This document shows positions 36,230 through 46,808 of a stretch of DNA of 64,000 nt, one piece after another. Each line of letters opens with the position of its first letter. The stretch's first letter is position 1. Made by a program: the position numbers and the translations under genes. The notes under the pieces were generated by a model. The model was not told the DNA's origin, searched no databases, and saw only the letters and a program-made list of their open reading frames with translations. This stretch comes from Perkinsus chesapeaki ATCC PRA-425 (lineage: Eukaryota; Protista; Perkinsozoa). The stretch is taken from NCBI GenBank assembly GCA_013115145.1, contig JAAPAO010000028.1:1-64000 (forward strand), given 5' to 3'.

Positions 36230-36310
36230 CTCGTTGTAGTATAGCGGTAGGCTACCGCCGGTAGCTAGCCTGCCTAACCAGCGGGAGGGCGGCGGTTCGA
36301 ACCAGGCGAG
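36230..36310 (+). pseudogene. tRNA-Val(AAC) pseudogene with a 14-nt footprint insertion in the D-loop
   Basis: Acceptor CTCGTTG/AGGCGAG; TAGTATAG; anticodon arm CCTGC-CTAACCA-GCGGG; T-loop GGTTCGAAC with the 3' T-stem mostly deleted. Confidence 0.6.
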
Positions 36311-36429
36311 GTGAGTTTTGTGAATCAGCACCGCTGGCTCAGCAGGGATAGAGATTGAAAAACTGATGACTGGGGAGCACCCAGTACCCGGTAATTGCCG
36401 AAAAATTTAGAATAATTCTGGGAACATTT

Positions 36430-36900
36430 TTATGTGTACGAAATGCATGCGAACGAGTGTACGAATTTCGTACTACGAAATAAAAGTGTATGAACATACT
36501 ATGTTCTATGTTGAACATAGAGTGTATGGTGTAAAAGGGAGGGTTGCACAGAATGGAAGTGTATGACATTAGTGTGTATGACCTTCGTGTGTATGAGCGT
36601 ATGTGTACGTAGCGTGGTAACCACGCTACTACTAGCTTTATTTACTCGCGGTATCCTACTCATTACTCACTCTGTTTACTGCTCTATCTCCCTTGCGATA
36701 TACCTTATCCTTGTGGTGTTTATCATATGAGCGAGATTTTTGTGTACTACTTGGCCTTGAACCTATTTTTGGTGTATCACACTTCGTCGACAGAGATTTG
36801 AGTGTACGGGAATTCGGTGTACCAGTAAAAGGTCGAAACTTCCGTGTACGAGTTTCATGTGTACGTAATTTATGTGTGCCAATCGTTATACACCCCCCTA
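36430..36900. repeat. Array of dispersed GTGTA(C/T)G motifs ending in ...tatacaccccccta; probable DNA-transposon subterminal region
   Basis: More than 12 co-oriented gtgtacg/gtgtatg motifs; the reverse-complement end TAGGGGGGTG resembles the end of the 29.35-30.24 kb element (TACGGGGGATG). Confidence 0.5.
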
Positions 36901-37714
36901 TACAGGGTGATGTTTCGCCTTAACTCTGAACTACTGAATCACGTTGATCTTTCTCCTTTTGACGAATTCTTCGGTCGCAGCATGCGTCAACCAGGCTAGA
37001 GTCTACCTCCCGAGGTAGCCTTGGAAAGTACAGGTTGCGCCACAGACTCGAGTCACTTGAGTCAAGTGATACGCGCGAGTCTGTCGAGGCTCGAAGGGAG
37101 GCCCGTGAAGAGATGGACGGTTTGGTGCAAGCTGCTCTACGTCTCAGGGAAGACGACGTCGGACCGACGTCGTCGGTACTGCTCGCGGCCACCTGCGCAG
37201 AGGCCCGCCGGCAGTTGGATCGACTGTACTCTTCATTGAGCCTGGTATCGGTGGTAAGGGAGGATCCTATGGACGTCAGCCGTACGTAGTTAAGGATATT
37301 GTCGACGCCGTCGAGTCGACGGCTGTACTTTGAGATTGTCTAAACCTGGCGATCCTTCCATCATTCAGAGCTGTCATTACATTAATATTCGCCCGTACTA
37401 CGGATCATCCAGGGAGCATGTGGAAGGATAGGATACTCCGTAGTGACTACGGAAAAATCAGAGCTGGACTGTCCAGCTCTGATTTTTGTGGAAACCTACA
37501 AATCTCTACGCTTAAAAAACTATCTTATCATCAGACTCCGCTGTGTGTTGAGTCAACGCCGTTGACTCCTCTTCGCACTTTCTTATGGCCTTAATGTTTC
37601 GTTCGATCGTTGGAGCTCCCACGTGAAATTTTCACGGTGAAAAGTAAAAGAGTGTATTGTAACATATGCGACGAGGCCCTGGTAACGAGGGTTATTTTCA
37701 ACACCGCCCACGAC

Positions 37715-37996
37715 TACAAGTGTTGATAAAAACTACCATTGGAGCGGTTTCCAACAACACTTGCAGGTGTTGAAAATGAAAGTGGTAAAAATTATTTGTG
37801 CCAACGAATGTGTTGGAAACAATCCGCATGTGTTAGTAAGAACTACGGATGTGTTGAGAATATTATGTGTTGTCAGATAGTGGTGTTGAAATATATTGTT
37901 CACCCGCTTGGCACCGTGCGTGACATTCTGCGCATCGCATGACAGGTCCAAAACTTGGCCGATCCTTCTGGTACTCATCTCGTTGTGATTCCCCTG
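37715..37996. repeat. Array of dispersed GTGTTG motifs ending in attcccctg-ta; probable transposon end
   Basis: About 7 gtgtt(g/a) motifs at 37720-37870; reverse-complement terminus TA|CAGGGGAAT. Confidence 0.4.
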
Positions 37997-39046
37997 TATT
38001 GCTCATCCTCACGTCTAGGAAAGTTACAGTGCCATTTAAATCTATAGATAGAAATTAAATTGCCCGATAAAATGTTTTTCTATGGATGTCATAAAAAGAT
38101 TTCGCGAAAACCCGGTTCAAACTCGAGTAGCGACTGTGCGAGTGTCTTTGCTTCCGTTACCGACGTGGTGCGTGCCACGCACTGCGTGGTACAGCAAAGC
38201 TGATTGCCCGAGCCGTGGTCTAGGATATCAGAGGTGGACATAAAATATATTCCGAGTCCGAAGCAGAATTTTCAAATGAAGAAAATTCTTCAGAAGAACT
38301 CGGTTCTATAAGCAAACAGTTGGTTTACTTGCAACAAAGTTTGAAGCTCCGCAGAGGGAGCGGTATAAGACGTTGCATGCGTGCGCGTCTCATACGAAAG
38401 CGCCCGGCTCCGCAGCTTGACTCATGCTACTATAGTGACCGTTGGACATTGACAGCCAAGAAAAGATGTTTGAAACACCGTGTGTCCATCGAGTCACCGG
38501 AAGAGTTAGCCCATTAACGGCATGTAGGAATAGTCGAACTCGGGACTTCCCATCCATCCCTTGTACACACGAAACGCAAATCCAAGAGCACCCCTTGGGG
38601 TCAAATCTAACAAATTCGAGTAGATCAGAAGCATTTGCGATAAGCAACCGCAATGGGCATTGAACACCTCGGACAAGGCTGAAATTCGTTGGCACAACAT
38701 TCCTACATCATCGCCACCGAATAGCGAGGTGCAGAAGGGGTCCAGGACCCAGCTACTAAATGGTCTCACATCGCAGAACGTGAGCTAGCGGCTTGAGCGG
38801 CTTCGTTCTTCTGATGCAGCATAATGCAGTAATAGGATTTGTATGTTCGCGGGTGGTTTCATTATTGGCCCATTTCCGACGGTGCTTCTTTGTCCGCCTT
38901 ATCGACTGATGTTCACTCTTTTACGTCCGTGGGGAATACTCGCCGATGTTGATCCAAATAGTACTGGCAACGCAAAGTCTTGGAAATATACCGAATTGGG
39001 TAAGAGTATTTCAGTAATCTGTCAACGTGCGGTGATGGCAGTAGAT

Positions 39047-39966
39047 CTACTGGCTCTTTTTCGCACTGCCTCCACCTTGGAGCTGCTTCTTCCTCTGATG
39101 GAGCATATGGGTGTATTGGACATATAGGCCAGGTAGGTAGATAGCGAGGAGGAACTGAATAATGACAGAGTGAAGGGGTCTGCAAATAAGGAGGCAGAAA
39201 GGATAAATACCTTGAGGAATGCAGCGAAGTTGAAGCTGAAGTTGAAGGAGTTAGGCATAGCCACAGATAGGATATGCTCCTTCTCGACAACAGGCAGTAC
39301 GTCATAGATAACCCTCATCTCACCATAAACCCCCAATGGGTATAGTACTAGGAAAAGCCTAAAAAGACGACGAGTACTTCCGCAGCGGCAGGGTAGTCGG
39401 TATATTGTTACGTATAGCGCAACCACTTGAGGAAGTAAGGAGCGCCGATCGACATATGCAGGCCCAAATAGGAGTACCTAATGCAAAAAGAGTAGTAGAC
39501 ATATTTATCAAGGTAAGGTGATGCATTACCTAACGACCTCGGTGATGGACCAGGCCAGGACCATAGGGACCAGACCAGGACTTTGGTCAGCTACATCACG
39601 GCAGCGATAATGAAGGTAGATGAGCTGTACTCTGGAATAGACCTAAACGATCAAGGATTGAAGGCAGCAGCAGCAGCAGTGAGCGTGCACCACTTTACCT
39701 GAATGGTGGTGATAATAGGACTAGCCCTTACCAGACCAAAAACAGAATGTAAAATTTCCAGCACTGCCATACCTTGGAAAACATACCTACAACAGGGAAG
39801 AGTGATGGAGCAAGTAATGAGGGGTTTAAGATGCTTACAGTGGCTCAATGACTTTATCACTAAGAGCTGGTAAGGGGCCTGTAATGGCCTGATAGAGGAT
39901 ATAGCTCCATCCTAGTGTTTGTACTAGATTGTAACAGATGAGGTAATAGTGTGAGAATGAACCCAT
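39047..39966 (-). CDS. HACD: Very-long-chain (3R)-3-hydroxyacyl-CoA dehydratase (PTPLA/PHS1 family), copy B
   Basis: MGSFSHYYLICYNLVQTLGWSY; YVFQGMAVLEILHSVFGLVRAS; FLVLYPLGVYGEM (catalytic Y...E); IYLPGLYVQYTHMLHQRKKQL; ends KKSQ* (KKxx motif). Confidence 0.92.
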
Positions 39967-40075
39967 ACTACTAGATGATATGAAAAATGAACCTAGACTT
40001 GAGCCTTAATCGAGCTCGAATTTGAGGAGAAACAAAACACTCGTTAAAGAGAAGACCGTACAAGTTGTTGACATG

Positions 40076-41039
40076 CTACAAGGAAGATGGTCCCCTAGGC
40101 TTCGAGGACCTGCTACTGCTATACCGGTGATAATGAGTGCTGCTGCTGCCGACTTGACGCCTGTGACGCCGGTTCTGTGGGCCGAGATATTTGGATCTCT
40201 GATCTAGCATATGGTTGTATTGAAGATAAAGGCCAGGAAAGTAGAGCAAAAGGGTTACCTGGCAAAGGAAATGGCAGCAAACTAGATGGAGCGATGATGA
40301 GCAACAGACCTTAAGGAAGATAGCAAAGTCGAAGCTGAAGTTGAAGGAGTTGGGCAGGCTTAGGGATAGAATACGCTGCTTTTCGACAACAGGTAGCACG
40401 TCATAGATAACCCTCATCTCACCACACACTCCCAATGGGTATAGTACAAGAAAAGACCTACACACAGTAAGGCAGCAACGAGCAAGGTATACCGGCAGCT
40501 CCTACGAATACCGCAGCCAAGTCAGGATCGAAGGAGATCTCCTATACAGATGTAATGCTAAATAGGGGTATCTACCGGTAACTGGGTGGTCGTCAAGTTG
40601 CCGCCTTATCAAGTTGCTGCCCACCGTGCTATTTCAGCAAGGGACCATGCCATAACCATGGGCAGCAACCCAGAGGACCATCTTCCTACGAAGCTGCATC
40701 GATAGAGTAAATAGACGACTTGGCATCTGACGAAGACCTGATCGATGTGGTGTACTTTCTGACACCTCTAGCTACTACTTGAACCACTGTAGTCAGAGTT
40801 TTCGACCTCACGATACCAGCAGCGGAGTTGATAACCTCCAAGATCGCCAATCCCTGGAAGACGTAACTGAACTAGACCCGTGCACCCCAAACAGAGTAGC
40901 TTGTCTTTCACATGGCATTAACAACAGTCCTATTGACAGTCCACAAAGGGCTACTGAGGGTCGCGTAAAGGATATAACTCCAACCTAGTGCTTGAATGCA
41001 GTTGTACAGTAGAAGGTACCGTCGAACAAGCTTGTGCAT
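40076..41039 (-). CDS. HACD: Very-long-chain (3R)-3-hydroxyacyl-CoA dehydratase, copy A
   Basis: MHKLVRRYLLLYNCIQALGWSY; YVFQGLAILEVINSAAGIVRS; MAWSLAEIA; FLVLYPLGVCGEM; LYFPGLYLQYNHMLDQRSKYL. Confidence 0.92.
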
Positions 41040-41162
41040 TTAATACGAACTGGCTATATGAGGAGCTAGCTAGTGAACACCGAATGAAAGCAATCCATGG
41101 TGATAGGGGTGGTAGAAACTCTCAACTCGAAGAACATGGCAATGAGAAAAAGTATTCAATGC

Positions 41163-42830
41163 TTAGAAGCGTCCACCATAATAGGCTTGTTGCTGAGATG
41201 GTGGTGGTGGCGGTGGAGGGGCACTCCCCGGGGGAGGGGGGGCGTAGCCGCCATAGAAGCCTTGTGGCTGCTGACTGAAGGGGGTCATCATTCGACCAGA
41301 TCTGAGCAAGCCTAGAGATGGTGACAGGTCCATGGTGACTCTCACATCATCCTGTTATGTTCCTCCTCAGCCTTTTTGAGATAGTCTTCAGTACTGCCAC
41401 CGAAGAGGCCAAGAAGGACTGCGCCGCCAAGGATGAAACCACCACCATAGAACAGAGTATCCGATGCCTTATTAAGTAACTGACAAGGCACCACGGCGAC
41501 ACAAAAACTGTCCCCTTTGCTGTAGCGCGTCGAAGACAGCAGCCTACTATTCGTGAAGGAACCGCCTTTATATTCTGACCGCCTAGAGCTGCTGGTCGCC
41601 TTGCCTAACCCACCACACTGTGACGTGACCAACCCTACTCTTTCTTCTCACCAAGGCTTCTTCTAGCTGCTTTGTCGTTAGCTCCGACAATCTAACGCTA
41701 GGTGCGAAGGAGTCGTCGATGGTCTGAGTGGTCTCGACCTCCTCCTGCGTAATGACCAGCTCCCTATCGGGAGACTCGAACCGCTGCTGCTGGCCGCCGC
41801 CGGGTTTGGTGAATATAGAAGGGGCCAGGCTATTGAGAACATCCTTGTCATGTATCACCGCACCCTTGGCGTCGACATCGAACTCTAAAGCACCCAAACG
41901 AATGAGCTGGTCGAAGCCAACCTAAGATACGCTGTATGTCTAAATATACAGCACAAGCTCTACCCTTCCACTTGCCAAGTCTCCTCGTGGTAGAGATCCC
42001 CTCGGTTCCAGATCGAGCCGGCCTGAAGGGAGCGGTGGGGGCAATGAACGTCAGTCCGGGCGCGCGCTTTTGACGACGAGCACGACGTGACACGCTGTAT
42101 GTGTTGTTACGTTTCATTCCATCAGTCTCAATGAAAAGCCTCCATGCCTTGCCGTAATCAGTCGAGCTGCCCTCAGGTAGTTTCTGGGCATACAGGCGAG
42201 TGACATTCTTAACCATTGCTGCATACCTGACAATAGTGTAATCAAATCCCTCGGTATCGGTATCGGAGGCGGCACTACTCTAGGAGGCCTTGGGACTTCA
42301 CTGATAGAGCCAGCTGTGTGCATAGCAAGAATAGCAGCATCGCTGTCGCTGAAGGGAAGAGTGATAAAGGGACAACGTAGGCCCTACCTCCTGGATTGAT
42401 GGTCTCAGCCCACATTAGCGTGTAAGTTGCTATACCACAGCACTCCATACCGATACCTAGTGATGACCAATGCTGGGGGGGGGGGTGTATGGGGGGGGGA
42501 ACTACTACCCATATAGAACTTGTTCATCGACGTCTGTAATACACCTTGTAAGGTAGGGCCCTCGTATATGAGCTCAGGCCCGCCGCCGCCGCCAGTAGCC
42601 CCACTGGCCTTGCCCGGATCACCTTGCTTCTCGGTTTCAACCTCACCTGTATCGATCATATCGACCAACAACTTCAAAGCCTCTGCCACTCCCTTACTGG
42701 CAAAGAACCTTCTCCCTAGGGGCCTTGCCAGAACGACAGGCGGATGACGATGGAACACTGCAGAGGGGGAACGAAGAAGCGTTGGGGCCAGTGCACCCCG
42801 GAGGGATTTGATGATCATAGGTGACAACAT
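41163..42830 (-). CDS. Putative mitochondrial inner-membrane protein (weakly TMEM70/TMEM186-like) with Pro-rich C-terminus
   Basis: Presequence-like N-terminus (MLSPMIIKSLRGALAPTLLRSPSAVFHRHPPVVLARPLGRRFFAS); LIYEGP; VTRLYAQ; late hydrophobic GGGFILGGAVLLGLFG segment; family call is tentative. Confidence 0.45.
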
Positions 42831-43003
42831 AATGATCCTCATCATTAGGTATAGATAACTTGAACTCAACATACCAATAGTAACAATAAAAAGTACTACT
42901 AATAGATAGCAGATCAGAAAGCAGCAGCATCATCAATAGGAGCAGCAGTAGCAGCAGCAGCTTGAGGTGTTTGTATTGGTATTTAGCCAGCCCATGCCCC
43001 CAC

Positions 43004-44425
43004 CTATTGCTGGGCACAGGCAACACTAGGACCCCTAGGGCCACCTTCCTCATCCTCATCATAGGCCTCACCTCCACCACTAGCAGCGCCCATTCTAGCA
43101 CTGACACTCGGGTCCATATCAACCAGCTCATGATGCTCATATTCCTTCTCCATCTTCTTACTTATCCTAGGAGAATCTTTTGCCGCCGGTAAAACCTCCT
43201 TCAACCTAGCGATGGCATCTTCAGAAAGACTCTCCGGAAAAACGATATCCAAAATAAGGAACAGGTTGCCGTAGATGAAAGGATTCTTATGTGTCGGCAT
43301 GCCCTCTCCCTTCACACACTTCAAGTAGTGCTTCTCCGACGTCATATCAATGGGTCTGATGATATCCCCCGGCTTCGAGCGAATTATCAACTTTCGGTCA
43401 TCCAAATGAGTAAGGACCGTAGTGTAGCCAGTAAGGGCCTCCAGCAATGATATCGATCTACGTATAAAGAGATCGTTCCCCTTTCTAGTAAAGCCTGTGC
43501 TATCTGTCTCCTCCTTCTGCTTTAATACAATAATTAAATCCCCAGGCTCCACGCCAGGACTAGATTCATCGGCCATCCCTCGGAATGGTATCCGCTGTCC
43601 ATGCTTCATACCCTTCTCTATGTGGACCTCTACCATCTCCTTACTTCGCTTCGTCTTAAAACTCTGTCCTTGACCTTGGCACTGTCTACATGGTGATTGC
43701 AGCTGAATAAACAACACCACCACTGTTATCATTATATCCACCTTCATATCCACCTACCTGCTGTATCATCGGTCCCATCCTGATAACCTTTACCGTAGCC
43801 CCTTGACCATCACATGCACTGCAGGTGGTGACAGGTACATCCTTATCAATAACAACCCTATTGATCATCAGCTTCCTGGTCGCACCAGTGTATAGCTGTT
43901 TTAATGGCACCTCTAGTATGTGCTGGACATCGTCACCACGACGCCGGCCACCCCCCGCTCGACGAGCCCCACCACCACCAAACATCATATCAAAGATGTC
44001 CGTGGCATGTGCCATTCCACCTGATATGTCACAATCACCGTCACGCGCCCCAGATACCATCCTTACCATCAGCACCATCTACTCCGTCTTCACCATACTG
44101 ATCGTATCTTCTCCGTTTTTCCTCGTCGCTGAGTATCTCATAAGCCTTTGTAATGAGCTTGAATTCTTCCTCGTCCCCTCCCTTATCAGGATGATGCTGC
44201 ATGGCCAGCTTCCGGTACCTACATTAACTCCATCCTCATACTGGTCCCTCGCCATCTAAGCCACGCCGCTACTCACGCTTTCTTTATCTCCGAATTGGTT
44301 GCACTCTTACTGATGCCCAACACATCATACAGCTTCTGCGTGTCGACGTTCTTAGATGGTCCTCCCGGACCTCGGCCGCCGCCAAAGTCCTCACCGCCAA
44401 ACATGCCTCCACTGCCAAAGAACAT
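43004..44425 (-). CDS. dnaJ: DnaJA/Ydj1-type Hsp40 co-chaperone, copy 1 (3 introns)
   Basis: J domain with HPD ([15 protein letters not shown]); G/F region with DIF motif; CSACDGQG and CRQCQGQG; C-terminal domain; CaaX end CAQQ. Confidence 0.96.
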
Positions 44426-44803
44426 TGCTAGTAGGAAACAGCCAAGGGGATCTGCGACGGTAAAATCGCAGTAAGTAAAATCTAAAGGGATATAAAGGTT
44501 AAATTAATTATTATCAACTCGACTATGTGAGCGGGTGTATGAAGCAGCAGCTGCGGAGTATCTGACTGTGGTTGTTGTGTATTTGAATGATATCTAGTCT
44601 GTACAGTGATGGTTGATAGTATCTTATGCCAAAAGATGCTATAATAATGCACTGATGATAATGTGACCCCCTCCCTACTGGTGAAGATGCTACTACAACA
44701 CTCTTAAAGGCCATTATAATACTCTAGCCAGCAGCAGCAAGTGACAGTAACAGCGACCAGCGGTGAGCAGCACTTAAGAAATGATAGCACAGTGATGAAT
44801 ACT

Positions 44804-46195
44804 TTACTGTTGAGCGCATTGGACCCTCCGCCCACCAGGCATAGCGCCACCTTCATCATCCTCATCATAGGCTTCACCAGAATGGTCGTATTCAGCTGTG
44901 GCTGCGGCACTCTCCCTAGGGTCCATGTCGACCAGTTCATGATGCTCATAGGTCTCTTCCATCTCATCAGTGATAATAGGAGCCTCACTCGGTGGTGGTA
45001 GGATCTCCTTTAGTATCTCACAAGCATCCGGGGTAAGCGACTCCGGGAAAACTATATCCAGAATGAGGAACATGTTACCACAAAGGAAAGGATTGCCATG
45101 AGTTGGCATACCCTCTCCCTTCACACATTTCAAGTAGTGCTTCTCAGAAGTGAGATCAATTGGCTTGATGATGTCACCAGGCTTAGACCTTACGATAAGC
45201 TTGCGACCATCCAAGTGGGTAATGACAGTGGTGTAACCAGTAAGGGCCTCTACCAGTGTAATAGGTTTTCTTACAAAGAGATCATTCCCTTTTCTAGTGA
45301 AGCCAGAGTCATCATTCTCCTTCTGCTTGAGTATAATGATCAAATCACCAGGTTCAACATCGGGACTGCTCTCATCAGCCATACCACGGAAGGGTATCTT
45401 CTGACCTGACTTCATACCCTTTTCTATGTGTATTTCAATGATCTCCTTGGACTTCTTAGTCTTAAAGGTCTTGCCCTGACCATGACACTGTGGGCATGTA
45501 GACTGCATTTGCTGGACCATAGGCCCCATACGAACCGTCTTGACAGTAACACCCTGACCATCACAAGCGTTGCAGGTGGTGATAGGAGAGGAGTGGTCGA
45601 TAACGACCCTATTAATAGCTAGCTTCCGAGTAGCTCCGTTATAGAACTGAGATAGAGGAACCTCTAATACGTGTGTAATATCCTCACCCTTTCGAGGACC
45701 AGAGGATCGACCACGACCACCACCAAAGACCATATCGAAGATATCCTCAGCGTTGCCGGGGCCCATACCTGACAACAGAGATGAGCTACAACATAGCTAG
45801 AGGTGTCAGTAAATATTACCATCCTGATCAACACCTTCCTCTCCGAATTTATCATAACGTGCCCGCTTCTGGTCATCACTAAGAACCTCGTAAGCTCGAG
45901 TGAGATCCTTGAACTTCTCTGGATCACCACCCTTATCGGGATGCTCTTTCAAGGCGAGCTTTCGGTATCTTTACAAAAAATCAACCTCAAGTACCTTTCC
46001 TCGGAGAGAATAAGCCTTGTCGAAGTGAGAAATCGTTGTTATATATTTCTAGCCCAATGACCCGTGAACTTACGCCTTTTTGATTTCAGCTTTGGTGGCA
46101 TCTTTTTTAACCCCGAGGATGTCATAGAACTTTTGAGTGTCTACATCCTTTTTAGGGGCACCCCCAAACATATCATCCATTCCGCCAAAGAACAT
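44804..46195 (-). CDS. dnaJ: DnaJA/Ydj1-type Hsp40 co-chaperone, copy 2 (2 introns)
   Basis: [19 protein letters not shown]; DIFDMVF; CNACDGQG and CPQCHGQG; ends CAQQ. Confidence 0.96.
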
Positions 46196-46808
46196 GATAA
46201 AGAAGAACGAGTAAAGGAGTAGGAGAAACTACAACAAAGACTAGTGGCATCCCCACCAACGGTCGGGAGGATTATTTCATTTCAGCGCCCGCCTTGATAA
46301 TCGATACAGGAGAGTGCATCGCTCCGCTCAGGATATGATGCATGTTTCACATTTTTGAATGCGTTCTTCGGTTCATGTGACGTAGAGGAGCTTGATATGA
46401 TTTCGTTAATATAAAACCTATAGTCCGAGCTTCTATGATTCCTAAGTTAACTCAAAAGTATCTTACTGGAAGAGGGCAACATTAACCTTTATATGTTTAC
46501 CACGGTATTGTAAGGAGAGCCGTGGAGGGAAACAGGCGCAATGTATCCGACATTTATCTTGTTGAGAGCACATCCTTTGTTTAACGTCATAACCGGACGA
46601 TGGTTTTGCTGCGAAATGACTGGCTGCGTCTCCCCTTTAGGGCCTGAGATAGGATTTGGTGTTTACTGTACGCTTTAATGTGAAAGGCTCAAAAATTAAT
46701 TAGAAATAGGAAATATATATAATTGATAAACCCGAGTGCGTGGTGTATAAGGTCAAAGATTCCAGGAAAAATCGGTATGAGTATGCATCAGTAGTATCCC
46801 TCTTCCCA

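Larger units (their letters stand above)
28739..38189. other. Cluster of hAT-type transposon excision footprints (10 exact 22-bp scars plus extended and near-exact ones)
   Basis: Exact pattern X1-7/comp(X8)/revcomp(X2-7)/comp(X1)/X2-8 at 28739, 30251, 30834, 33240, 35034, 36244, 36459, 37156, 37622 and 38168; extended versions at 34046-34076 and 34833-34874. Confidence 0.85.

Noticed and set aside
36903-37996. Possible TA-flanked Tc1/mariner element (CAGGGTGAT ... ATTCCCCTG) containing the 37035-37289 ORF
   Set aside because: TIR identity is limited to ~5-7 nt and the ORF shows no transposase motifs
38300-38800. Minus-strand coding-like stretch downstream of HACD copy B
   Set aside because: Multiple stops and no recognisable family; at most a pseudogene fragment
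39998-40005. GGCTCAAG (minus strand) ~32 nt upstream of the HACD copy B start, like the 3' end of the perkinsid/dinoflagellate spliced leader
   Set aside because: Only 8 contiguous matches (about 12/22 overall) and the gene retains introns; compatible with chance
44523-45622. Antisense and alternative-frame ORFs over the DnaJ genes (also over RPC1, CSTF1 and aroC)
   Set aside because: Shadow ORFs of well-supported genes on the other strand or frame
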